In this document: one piece after another, positions 29,042 through 39,593 of the stretch
Layout of the letters: the number at the start of each line of letters is the position of its first letter
Numbering within the stretch: position 1 is the stretch's first letter
NCBI GenBank assembly: GCA_963700635.1
Contig: CAVOYH010000006.1
Coordinates: 118,013 to 182,012 of the forward strand
Length of the DNA: 64,000 nt
Direction of reading: 5' to 3'
Source of the DNA: an uncultured Bacteroidota bacterium
GTDB lineage: Bacteria; Bacteroidota; Ignavibacteria; UBA10030; UBA6906
Notes under the pieces: generated by a model
Database searches by the model: none
What the model was told of the DNA's origin: nothing
What the model saw: the letters and a program-made list of their open reading frames with translations, nothing else
Translations under genes and position numbers: made by a program

Positions 29042-30277
29042 TCAGGTACGGAGACAGTCTACAACATTCAGATTTGCCGCCCGGCGCGCCGGGAGCAGTC
29101 CGGCGGCCAGCCCGATCAACGCCAGCACTGCCATCGTGATCAACGCCACCCCGACCGAGATAACCGGCGTCCCTATAAATTCCTTGATGGGAATGTACTG
29201 CAGGGCTTCGGTTATTCCGAACGCAATCAGGAAGCCGAGCGAGGAACCTAAAAAGATGATAAACATGGTCTCAAGAAAGAACTGTACGAGAATGTCACGT
29301 TTGCGCGCACCCACCGCCCGTTTAATCCCGATCTCTCTTGTGCGCTCCTGCACGACAATGTACATGATATTGGCAACTCCGAGTCCGCCGACCGCCAGGG
29401 TGAAGCTCCCGATAATACCCATAAACACGTTAAACGCCAGAAAAAACACAAAGACAAATTTGTCAAATTCTGCAGTGTTCCAGATCCAGATTGCGTCTGT
29501 GTCCGTCGGATCAAATTTGTACTTCCTCCCCAGCACCGTGCGAACCCGGGAAACGGTCTCATCCGACCGCAAGGGTTCCCTGGTGGAAAAGACGATATTG
29601 CTCAGCCGGTGTTCGCCGAACACCGAAGCATACGTGGTCGCGGGAATAAACACACGATCCTGATCCCGACGGTTGTACGATGAGTTCTGGGTTTTTTTCT
29701 GCATGACCCCGATGACGATAAAAGGTACCTGGCCGAGATAGACAAGCCGGCCATGCGGATCGGTATCACCGAACAGGAGCCGCTTCACTTCATCACCAAG
29801 CAGCACCACCCGTTTGCGTTCGCGCATATCCAGATCGTTGACAAAGCGTCCGCCCCGTTCGGCGACGATGTTGCGGATTTCTCCGTACACGGGGAAGACG
29901 CCTGATATTGCGGGCGTGAGGATATTCTCTCCGACGCGTGCCGGCGTATCGTACCGCATATACTCGGGGCTTATCCGGTCAACATCGGCAACCTGGCCGG
30001 CGATCAACTCCGCATCTTCTTCAAGAAGGATGATCGGCCGGCCGATGCCGAACCCTTCGAACGGTTTGGTGGTACGGCCGGGGAACATGATGGCGACACT
30101 CTCGCCGATGCCGTGCATGTTGATGGTGAGCTGACGTTTGAAGCCCATCCCGAACGCAAGCAGGACGACAATCGCGACGGTTCCCCACACGATGCCGAAG
30201 ATCGTAAGGACCGTGCGGAGTTTCTGTGCCCGGAGGTCCCGTAAAAACTCGCCCAGCGTGTTGACGAGTCCGTTCAT
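29042..30277 (-). CDS. MacB/FtsX-like ABC transporter permease
   Basis: GLGVANIM, ERTREIGIKRAVGA, PARRAA. Confidence 0.92.
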   Translation of the reverse strand: MNGLVNTLGEFLRDLRAQKLRTVLTIFGIVWGTVAIVVLLAFGMGFKRQLTINMHGIGESVAIMFPGRTTKPFEGFGIGRPIILLEEDAELIAGQVADVDRISPEYMRYDTPARVGENILTPAISGVFPVYGEIRNIVAERGGRFVNDLDMRERKRVVLLGDEVKRLLFGDTDPHGRLVYLGQVPFIVIGVMQKKTQNSSYNRRDQDRVFIPATTYASVFGEHRLSNIVFSTREPLRSDETVSRVRTVLGRKYKFDPTDTDAIWIWNTAEFDKFVFVFFLAFNVFMGIIGSFTLAVGGLGVANIMYIVVQERTREIGIKRAVGARKRDILVQFFLETMFIIFLGSSLGFLIAFGITEALQYIPIKEFIGTPVISVGVALITMAVLALIGLAAGLLPARRAANLNVVDCLRT

Positions 30278-31368
30278 TCGATCTTTTTTACTGGTTTTTC
30301 CAGCACTTCATCTCCCTCCGACAATCCCTCAAGAACCTCAATCTTGATGGCATCGCTTAACCCCGTTTTGATGAGCCGTTCTTCCTCTTTCCCCGGACCG
30401 GCCGAAATCTTTACGAACGCCGAATCGTTGCGAAACGTCACCACCCGCTCGGGGATCGTCAGGACGCTGTCCTTGCGCTGAATAAAAATGTTTGCATTCG
30501 CGGAGTATCCCGCCCGCAGGGTTGAATTCCTCGCTCGCGGGATAGAGATTTCAATGGGAAACACCGTGGCGTTGTCACGTTTTTCGGCCTTGAGTGATAT
30601 CTTCGTAAGCGCTCCGGTGATTTTCTCCTGGGGCAAGGCTCCCACCTTGAGTTCCGTCTCCATCCCTTCACGAAGGCGTCCGACATCAATTTCGTCGACG
30701 GTCCCCTTGAAGAGCAACCGATTCATATTCGCCATCTTCATCAGGACGGTCCCCTCCTGGTAGGATGTCAGCGGTGTCACGGGGTCACCGACCTCTACGG
30801 TCTTGCTCAAGACATAGCCGTCGATCGGCGCCTTGATGATAGATTCAATTTCGGTATTCCCGATGGTCACCCTGCCGCTCTCCAGTAGGGCAAGACGTTC
30901 GCGGGTGATCGTGAGCTGGAGCCGTGCTTCCTGGAACCGCCGTTCAAAGTCCTCGTATTCCTTGACCGAGACGAGGCTCTTTTTCAGCATGGATTCCTGC
31001 CGCACCATCTCTTTCGTAAGGTTTTCCATGTCCACCTCACGGAGCTGAACCTGTCTTTTTGCGTCGGCCAGTTCAAGGGGGGTTGGATCCGGTTTTACTT
31101 CGAGGAGGGGTTGTCCGGCTTTTACAAATGAACCCGCGTCAGCGAAGATACGCCGGACGACACCTGACACTTTTGATTTTACCGATACTTCGTTCTCCGG
31201 TTCGATTGTCCCCACCGCAAGCGCCTTGTCAACAATGTCCTCACGCGTCACCTTTACGCGGCCGGGTCCATTCTCATCGGATGAATCGGAGCCGAAGAAC
31301 AGCAGATAGGCGGTGACAAGAACGACGACCCCTCCTATGGAGAGCCATACGACCTGTTTTCGTTTCAT
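30274..31368 (-). CDS. MacA-like periplasmic adaptor (membrane fusion protein)
   Basis: N-terminal TM; VKSKVSG, IKAPIDG, VDEIDVG, EVLEGLSEGD. Confidence 0.9.
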   Translation of the reverse strand: MKRKQVVWLSIGGVVVLVTAYLLFFGSDSSDENGPGRVKVTREDIVDKALAVGTIEPENEVSVKSKVSGVVRRIFADAGSFVKAGQPLLEVKPDPTPLELADAKRQVQLREVDMENLTKEMVRQESMLKKSLVSVKEYEDFERRFQEARLQLTITRERLALLESGRVTIGNTEIESIIKAPIDGYVLSKTVEVGDPVTPLTSYQEGTVLMKMANMNRLLFKGTVDEIDVGRLREGMETELKVGALPQEKITGALTKISLKAEKRDNATVFPIEISIPRARNSTLRAGYSANANIFIQRKDSVLTIPERVVTFRNDSAFVKISAGPGKEEERLIKTGLSDAIKIEVLEGLSEGDEVLEKPVKKIE

Positions 31369-31516
31369 GCAAAAAAGCCTTTCGGGGGAGAGTCTACAAG
31401 TGGAGGTGTAAGACTACTAACATGTACGATGGGAGGGAGATTTGGTTACAGCATCATTGAACTCTTTGAGGATTTTCGATATCATGTCAAAGACCTCCTA
31501 CCACTTCCCCGGATCC

Positions 31517-34500
31517 ATGGATGCCCTGAACGTGTTGGCCGATTTTCACCCGCTGGTCCGCCGCTGGTTCGAGCGGACCTACGGGACACCGAGTCCACCC
31601 CAGCAGCTCGGTTGGCCCATGTATTGCCGCAGGTCAAAACACGCTTATTCTCGCCCCGACCGGATCGGGTAAGACCCTTGCGGCGTTTCTCTGGGCGATA
31701 AACCATCTCATCGAGCAGCAGCTGCGAGAACAGCTCTCCCCCGGCGTCAGGGTGCTCTATGTGTCGCCATTGAAGGCGCTCAATAATGACATCGCGCGTA
31801 ATCTCGAGGGTCCCCTTTCCGGGATTCATCAGGAGGCCTCTGCCGCGGGTCTGACGCTTCCCGCGCTGCGTACAGCGGTGCGCACAGGTGATACGTCCGC
31901 CAGCAAACGAAGAACCATGGTAAGCTATCCTCCGGATATTCTCATCACGACGCCCGAATCGTTGTATCTGATGCTGACCTCCCCGAAGGCCAGAAAGATG
32001 TTTACAACCGTACAGTATGTGCTGGTGGATGAGATCCACGCCGTATGCGGGAACAAACGGGGGGTTCACCTGTCGCTTTCCCTTGAGCGGTTGCAGGAAG
32101 TGGCGGATCAGGAGTTTGTGCGTGTGGGTCTTTCGGCGACACAACGGCCTCTGGAGCGGATCGCGGAGTTTCTCGGGGGATATACAACGGAAAAGACGGA
32201 TCACGGATCTCGCCCCGTACCACGCCCCGTGTCTATCGTGGATGCGGGCCAGCGGAAAACCATGGACCTGAAGGTCATGTGCGCTGCGGATGATTTCTCC
32301 CTGATGCCCCAGGATAGCATCTGGCCCCTGGTCTTTGATGAGATCCTCCAGGAAATCCAAAAACACAGGACGACGCTGATTTTTGTCAATAACCGCCGGC
32401 TGGCTGAACGGGTGGCGGCAACATTGAATGAACGGATCACCGGCGCCACCGAATCAACCTTTCACCTTTACAACGTCCCGAAAAAAACACCATGGACCGT
32501 CGCTCCCCGGACCGGCCCCGCGTCGGATGTGGAGCGTCCTGAAGACGCACCCCGGGTCTCCCTCACAGAAGATCTCCCTGCGGGAAATATCGATCCGGAA
32601 CCCGGCAGTAAAGAGCAGCTCGTCCAGGCCTACCACGGCAGTATGTCCCGCGAAACCCGCGAAGAGATGGAAGCAGACCTGAAGGCGGGACGGCTCCGGG
32701 CTCTGGTGGCAACCTCGGCACTTGAGCTGGGCATTGATATTGGTTCCGTTGACCTGGTCATCCAACTGCAGTCTCCGAAGGGCATCGCACGCGGCCTGCA
32801 ACGGGTAGGGCGTTCCGGACATCTTGTCAGCGCCACCAGCAAGGGACGCGTGTTCGTGAGCCATCGCGAGGACCTGGTGGAATCCGTTGTGGTTGCCCGC
32901 GCCATGCAGGTCCATGCCGTCGAGGAAACTTCGATCCCCGAGAATTGCCTGGATGTCCTCGCCCAGCAGATCGCCGCCATGGTGGGCATCGAACCGTGGC
33001 CGGTGGACCGACTGTTTTCCATAGTGAGGCGTTCGATGTGTTACCGGGCTCTTCCCCGTGATCTTTTTGACCGCGTGCTGGAAATGCTGGCGGGACGGTA
33101 CGCACATGAGGCCTTTCGCGATCTCCATCCGCGGATATCCTGGGACCGTGTGAACGGCGTTGTGGCAGCACTTCCGGGCACCACTCATATCGCCATCACG
33201 GGCGGAGGAACGATTGCCGATAGAGGGTACTACGGCGTCTACCTGGAAGATAAGAAGACCAAAGTGGGCGAAGTGGACGAAGAATTCGTCTACGAAAGCC
33301 GGAGCGGGGATACCTTCTTGCTGGGGTCCAGCGTGTGGCGGATGATGGATATTGATGCCAACCGGATTATCGTCACCCCTGCCCCGGGACAGCCTGCACG
33401 TATGCCCTTCTGGAGAGGAGAAGGAATCGGGCGCAGCTTTGAACTCGGCCTTGCCGTTGGACAATTCCGACGCGATTTGGAGGGACGATTGGAAACGCCC
33501 GGTTGCCAGGAATGGCTGCAGCAGGAATATCCCGTGGATTCACGGGGGGCGTGGAATCTTCTGGATTATGGAAGACGGCAGAAGGAAGCTACGGGACGGC
33601 TCCCCACCGACAGCACCATCATTCTCGAATCTTTCCGGGACGAACTCGGGGATCCGCGCATCATCGTCCACTCCTGTTTCGGCCGGAGGGTGAACGGATT
33701 GCTGGGGCTGTGGCTGGCACAAAGCTTTACGGCCAGGACCGGGATGGAACCGCAGATGTTGTACAATGACGACGGAATCATGTTGCGCTGCCCCGATACG
33801 GACACGCTCCCTCTGGATCTCCTCTCCTCGATTGACGTGGCTGCAGCCCAGGCAGTGGTGCTCGATGACATACTCTTCTCACCGATTTTTGGCGGGCAGT
33901 TCCGTCAGAATGCCGGGCGTGCGCTTCTCATGCCGCGCACCAAACCCGGCAAACGTACTCCCCTCTGGCTTCAGCGGCTCCGGTCGTCGGACCTGCTTAA
34001 TGCCGTCCGGCATTTTGAGGATTTTCCCATCGTCATCGAGACCATGCGCGAGGTTCTCAATGACGTTCTGGATTTCCCGAGATTCCGTACCGTCCTTGCA
34101 CGGATAGCGGACGGGTCCATTCACGTGGAGCAAATCCAGACCGAGATACCATCCCCGTTTGCAGCAAGTCTGCTTTTTGATTTTATCGCAGTGTACATGT
34201 ACGAGTGGGACCAGCCACGGGAGGATAAACAGAGCCAGTATCTTGCGGTTAACCGCGATCTGTTGTCGGAAGTGGTGGATCTGGATATCGTGTCGTCACT
34301 GCTGCGCCCCGAGGCAATCGCCGCGGTCGAGGCAGACCTTCAACATACCCGTCCGGGTTACCGCGCCCGCACGCCGGAAGAGCTTATGGAGCTCCTGGTC
34401 CGCGTCGGAGATCTCTCCGAAGAGGAAGTCCGGCTCAGGGTCGAGGGAGAAAGTTCCGGGATGCTGGCAGAGCTCAGCGGGGATGGCCGCGCGGTGATGC

Positions 34501-36119
34501 TGCAACACTCCGGCCGGCCTGTCTGGATTGCGGGAGAGGACCGGCAACTCTACGCACGTCTCGGATCCGACGCGGAGACAACGAAGATTCTCAGGCGGTA
34601 TGTTGAACATCACGGTCCCGTCACGACTGCGGAACTTGCAGAGCGTTATGCACTGACCGAACCTCACGTTCTTGAGCTGACTTCACCCTGGTCGTCGGAT
34701 CGACAGATGGCGCGCGGCCGGTTCCGGCCTCCGTCCATGCCGGGTGCGGAGCAGTCCCAGTGGTGCTTCAAGCCGAATATCGAACGGATGCACCGCCAGA
34801 CAATCTCGTTGCTCAGAAAGGAGATCCAGCCGTGTTCGCTGGCGGAGTTTGTACGATTCGCCCTCTCGTGGCACCGGAAACCCGCGAGCGATTCCCCCCT
34901 GCCGCAACACGTTGGGACGTCGTGTTTGGACCAGCTCGCCGGAATGGCCCTCCCTGTGGAGGTGTGGGAGCACTATATTCTTGCACCCCGGCTAACCGGA
35001 AATGCCTCACCTGATTTCGCAACGCTGGGCGCGGTCCCAGGATATGTCTGGTGCGGAGCCGGTCCCGGACGAATTCGGGTCTTCCGGAGGGGCGAGGGCG
35101 CGCTCTTTCTTGACCCGCCGGAGGAGACTCTACTTCAGAAGCTCGGAGAAGGTGGTCGGCGGGTGTTTGAGTATCTTCAACAGCATGGAGCGTCTTTCCT
35201 GAACGATATACGTTCAGGTGGCTTTATCTCCCTTCCAGCATTACACGCTGCACTTGCCGAACTGTTCTGGAACGGCCTCATTACAAACGACAACCCTGAA
35301 GAGCTTTTACAGCTCAAACGTTCAGCGCATGTCGACCCGGATCTGCCTGTGGAGCCTGTACAGGTAATTGGTCCGCATTCACGCCGACGTCTTGCCCCTG
35401 TCGTGCAGAGTGCACGCCGTGCCTTGCGCGATATCCCGGGTTGGAAGGGGCGGTGGTCCATCCTTCATCACCCGGCTGTTTTGGGTGAACCCCTCACGCT
35501 GGAAGACCGCGTTTCCCGCCAGGTGGATATCGCGTTGTCCCGTTACGGCATACTGGCGCGGGAATTTCTCAGGCGGGAGGAGCTCCTGCCATGGTCAGTC
35601 CTTTCTCCGGAGCTTCAACGGCGAGAAATGCTCGGCGTGGTGAGGCGGGGATACTTTGTGGAGGGGCTTTCGGGAATGCAGTATGCTCTGCCGTCAGCAG
35701 TGGAAGCGTTGCGGCGGGTTCATGCGTTTCCCGAGTCCGCCGACCTGGTTCTCCTGAATGCGTGTGATCCTGTCAATCCGTTTGGGCCCGGTGTACATCT
35801 GCCCTTCGCCGGCGGACGTAATGTGCGCACCCCAACGAGTACCATCGTCTTCGGAAACGGTGCGCCGATCCTTCTGAGTGAGCTCAACGGCACACGGCTC
35901 TTCACCGCCCCCGATGCCAGTGAGCGGACGATCGAGGACGCCCTGCGCCTGCTTGTGGATCTCACCCGCCGGCCCGGAACCCGCCGGCCCTTCCGTCAGA
36001 TTCACGTGGAGCAGTGTAACTCCACAAAACCCGCACTTGATGACGCCGGGATCATCCTGGAACGCCTCGGTTTTGTGCGTGATGCCGGACAGACGATGCG
36101 GTACGAAGGATTTGCGTAA
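31517..36119 (+). CDS. lhr: Long-form Lhr SF2 helicase, with a frameshift near 31617
   Basis: FHPLVRRWF...QQLGWP in one frame; Walker A APTGSGKT, SPLKAL, DEIH, SAT, HGS, LELGID, QRVGRSGH in the next; C-terminal RRGYFVEGLSGMQYA; start could also be 31484. Confidence 0.9.
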
Positions 36120-36131
36120 TGCGAATGATCC

Positions 36132-36887
36132 TCATCCACCCCTGCGTGTAACCCACCACGTCTTCAGTTTTCCGAATTCCGGCGCCGAGCTGAACGCAAA
36201 GTCCTCCGACTGGAGAACCGTAAATCCTTCACCGGACAACGCACGGGTAAGCTCCTCACGTGAAAAACATCGTTCGTCCACGTTCTCAAATGCCGGCGGC
36301 CGGTCTTCAGACCCGTGATACGCCACATGGACACTGGAGCGAGCTCGCCGGCGGGATGGAATGTAATGATTGTTCAGTGTGAGGGTAAAGTCAGGATGCT
36401 TTGCCGTTGTTGTTCCCTTCCAGAGTGTCCTGTAACACGCCTCATTGTTCACGTCGAAGATGAGCAGACCGCCGGGAAGCAGAACGCGGAAGGCGGATGC
36501 CAGAAAGGCGCGAAGATCACGGATCGTGAGGAGATGATTCACCGCATCAAACAATGCTGTCACCAGACCGGTGCGGACGGGCAGGACAAAATTGCGCATG
36601 TCCAGACATTCAAACAACGCCGTGGAAATCCCGCTGGCCGGTTTGCGCCGGCAAACGTCGATCATGCCCTGTGACGCATCGATCCCCCGGGCCTCCCAGC
36701 CACGCCGGCTCATTTCAAGAACCAGCGTTCCCGTGCCGCACGCCACGTCAAGAAGCGACCTTTCGGGAGCGGGATATCTCTTGAGCGTAGCAAGAAGGCG
36801 GGGAAGAATAAGTGTGGTAAAATCGGACCCGTAGGTTGCCTGCCAGCGGTCATAAATTTCCGGGAGGATGCGGTATCCTGCAGGCAT
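36132..36887 (-). CDS. Class I SAM-dependent methyltransferase
   Basis: LLDVACGTG, GIDASQGM, DMRNF, PGGLLIFD. Confidence 0.88.
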   Translation of the reverse strand: MPAGYRILPEIYDRWQATYGSDFTTLILPRLLATLKRYPAPERSLLDVACGTGTLVLEMSRRGWEARGIDASQGMIDVCRRKPASGISTALFECLDMRNFVLPVRTGLVTALFDAVNHLLTIRDLRAFLASAFRVLLPGGLLIFDVNNEACYRTLWKGTTTAKHPDFTLTLNNHYIPSRRRARSSVHVAYHGSEDRPPAFENVDERCFSREELTRALSGEGFTVLQSEDFAFSSAPEFGKLKTWWVTRRGG

Positions 36888-36900
36888 AGCAGATGGTCTT

Positions 36901-38046
36901 TTAGGTTCCGACAGGCGCTGGAGAAAAAGACTCCATCAGTGTCACAAAGTCGCGGAAAAGATAATCGCTGTCGTGCGGCCCCGGGGAGGCTTCGGGATGA
37001 TATTGAACCGAAAAAGCGGGAAGGGACCGGTGACGCATCCCTTCGTTGGTTGCATCGTTAAGATTCACATGCGTCACCGCAATGGCGTTCTGATCCAGCG
37101 AATCGGGATCCACCGCGAAGCCATGATTCTGTGACGTAATTTCAACCGCGTTGGTCGCAAGGTTCTTTACGGGATGGTTCCCCCCGCGGTGCCCGAATTT
37201 CAATTTGTAGGTTTTTCCCCCCAGCGCCAGAGCGAGAAGCTGGTGACCGAGACAGATCCCGAATATCGGTACGCGGCCAAGGAGCGCACGGATATTCTCA
37301 ATGGCTACCTGGACGGGGGCGGGGTCCCCCGGCCCATTGGAAAGAAAGACCCCGTCGGGTTGCATGGCGAGTACGTCGGCAGCGGGATACCCGGCCGGCA
37401 CAACCGTCACACTACATCCGAACGCAACAAGCCGGCGGAGAATATTTCTCTTGATTCCGTAATCGTATGCCACAACGCGAAAACGACGCTGCCCGCTCGT
37501 GAGGCCGGGTGTTATGAGGGCAAACGGGGTTTCATCCTTCAAGTCCCACGTGTAAGAGGAAGAGCAGCTGACGCGCGTCGCCAGATCGAGTCCGTTCATG
37601 GACGGCACCTTCTGCACCTTCGCCAGGAGACGTTTGTCATCCAGATCGGTGGTGGAGAGAACCCCCCGCATGGCTCCCTGCGTCCGGATCATCCGGGTCA
37701 GCATCCGGGTGTCAATTCCCTGCACCGCCGTGATCCCGTGCCGCTCCAACCATTGCCCGAGTGCTTCGCTCGCCCGGAAGTTGCTGTGATGCGCAGTGTA
37801 CTCCCGAACGATAACACCCGCGACCTGAGGTACCGGAGACTCAAGATCCTCTTCCGTAGTACCATAGTTTCCGATCAGCGGATAGGTCAGGGTTACGATC
37901 TGCCCGCTGTATGACGGATCTGTGTAGATCTCCTGATAGCCGGACATACTTGTGTTGAACACTACTTCGCCCGACACTTCCCCGGGAGCACCAAATGACT
38001 CTCCCTGAAAAATCGAGCCGTTTTCCAATACCAGTTTTGCGTTCAA
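36901..38046 (-). CDS. carA: Carbamoyl-phosphate synthase small subunit
   Basis: [36 protein letters not shown]; TTG start. Confidence 0.96.
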   Translation of the reverse strand: MNAKLVLENGSIFQGESFGAPGEVSGEVVFNTSMSGYQEIYTDPSYSGQIVTLTYPLIGNYGTTEEDLESPVPQVAGVIVREYTAHHSNFRASEALGQWLERHGITAVQGIDTRMLTRMIRTQGAMRGVLSTTDLDDKRLLAKVQKVPSMNGLDLATRVSCSSSYTWDLKDETPFALITPGLTSGQRRFRVVAYDYGIKRNILRRLVAFGCSVTVVPAGYPAADVLAMQPDGVFLSNGPGDPAPVQVAIENIRALLGRVPIFGICLGHQLLALALGGKTYKLKFGHRGGNHPVKNLATNAVEITSQNHGFAVDPDSLDQNAIAVTHVNLNDATNEGMRHRSLPAFSVQYHPEASPGPHDSDYLFRDFVTLMESFSPAPVGT

Positions 38047-38193
38047 TTCCTACCTTGAAGTAATCCACATTGGTTAATCACATCAGGACTCCGCCCCGAT
38101 CCTGACTTCGTGACATGCCAAACCGACACTCTGCCAATTCATTGTATTAGAACAGATTAGCGGGTCCTACAAGATCCAAATCTTTGAGTGGTA

Positions 38194-38226
38194 TGTGGAT
38201 AAGTATGTGGACAATAATGTTGATAA
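38194..38226 (-). promoter_or_regulatory. Three tandem DnaA boxes
   Basis: TGTGGATAA (38194, perfect), TGTGGACAA (38206), TGTTGATAA (38218); 12-bp period, same orientation. Confidence 0.75.
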
Positions 38227-38231
38227 CTCTA

Positions 38232-38654
38232 TCAGAATGGCAGGTCATCCTTGGAGCTGTCGCCACCTGTTGCGGGAGTTTCGGGAGCAGAATACGAGCT
38301 CCCGGAGTCACTCTGTTCCCGGGGATCGAGCATAATCATGTTGTTGGCCACGACCTCCGTCATATACTTTTTCGCTCCCGTGTTCTTGTCATCGTAACTT
38401 CTGGTCTGGATGCGGCCTTCGACATACACCCGGCGACCTTTTTTCAGATACTGCTGGCAGATCTCCGCAAGTTTTGCCCAGGCAACGATGTTGTGCCACT
38501 CGGTACGTTCCTGCAAGTTCCCGTCCTGGTCCTTCCAGCTTTCGTTTGTTGCCAGAGAAAACGTGGCAACGGGAGCACCACCCCCCGTATACCGCAGTTC
38601 GGGATCTTTGCCGAGATTGCCGATTAACATGACCTTGTTCAGACTCTTTGCCAT
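38232..38654 (-). CDS. ssb: Single-stranded DNA-binding protein
   Basis: [20 protein letters not shown]-terminal DDLPF. Confidence 0.97.
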   Translation of the reverse strand: MAKSLNKVMLIGNLGKDPELRYTGGGAPVATFSLATNESWKDQDGNLQERTEWHNIVAWAKLAEICQQYLKKGRRVYVEGRIQTRSYDDKNTGAKKYMTEVVANNMIMLDPREQSDSGSSYSAPETPATGGDSSKDDLPF

Positions 38655-38684
38655 GGCTCGTCCTTTCCAGAGAGTGACAGTATG

Positions 38685-39593
38685 CTAGGGAGATTTACCT
38701 TCTTTTTCAAGTGCGTTCACAGCCAATCCCGGACGGGGATCGGGCACAACATACACGTGGCCCGGAGAGAGAAGATACAGGCGCTCTCCGGCAAGCGAAA
38801 GAGATTGTACCGATTGTACCTCCTGGCCAACCAGCCCGGTAATCGGAATACGCGGGAGCACCCGGTGTGATTCCGTGAAGCACACAAGCTCCACCCCATC
38901 CACAACCACAACCCCTTTTTCGTCACCGGCGAGAAGAATGGGATCCATCAGGATGCCGCCTCCGACGGTAGTGAGGAAATTACCAAAGCTGTCAAACACC
39001 ACCACTCGGGGGGGATCCAGGACATAGACCCAATCGTTGGGTCCGATTTCAACCTGAACCGGGTGCTGCAATCGTCCGGCGCCTCCCCCGAATCCACCGA
39101 ATGTGGTCTCCACGCGGTTTGCGACATCCACCTTCACGATCCGGTTATTTTCGGAATCGCAGATGAATAATGTACCAAGGCGAGAGAGCGTAACATCCGT
39201 AGGATAGCCAAAGCGGATCGACTCATCGTCAGCATCACGAGTAGAGAGAGCAGAAACAAAACTCAACGTTCGGTCAAACCGTTGAATGCGGTGATTCCCA
39301 TAGTCTGCGACATACACATCCAGACCATTTTTTGCCCAGAGGCCTGCGGGTTGATCAAATCTGCCGTTTTCCCATCCCGGTCCTCCGGCCATCCCCTGCC
39401 GTTTCATGGTCTGATCATACCAGGCCAGCGTACAATGATGTGCGTCAAGGACCATGATGTTCCCGTGAACGTCTACATCCAGGCGCGATCCTTCAGCCTG
39501 CATGGAGAGCGGTTTTATCTGTGCCTGTCCGGCGGCAAACAGAACCGGCCACAGGAGCATCACGAAGTACAGGTACCTACCTGTGTGACCCAT
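38685..39593 (-). CDS. Exported NHL-repeat (beta-propeller) protein
   Basis: FDQPAGL..VYVADYGNHRIQRF, FGYPTDV..FICDSENNRI; signal peptide. Confidence 0.82.
   Translation of the reverse strand: MGHTGRYLYFVMLLWPVLFAAGQAQIKPLSMQAEGSRLDVDVHGNIMVLDAHHCTLAWYDQTMKRQGMAGGPGWENGRFDQPAGLWAKNGLDVYVADYGNHRIQRFDRTLSFVSALSTRDADDESIRFGYPTDVTLSRLGTLFICDSENNRIVKVDVANRVETTFGGFGGGAGRLQHPVQVEIGPNDWVYVLDPPRVVVFDSFGNFLTTVGGGILMDPILLAGDEKGVVVVDGVELVCFTESHRVLPRIPITGLVGQEVQSVQSLSLAGERLYLLSPGHVYVVPDPRPGLAVNALEKEGKSP

Noticed and set aside
38110-38140. Two TTGGCA motifs upstream of carA as sigma54 promoters
   Set aside because: Neither has the -12 TTGC at the required spacing
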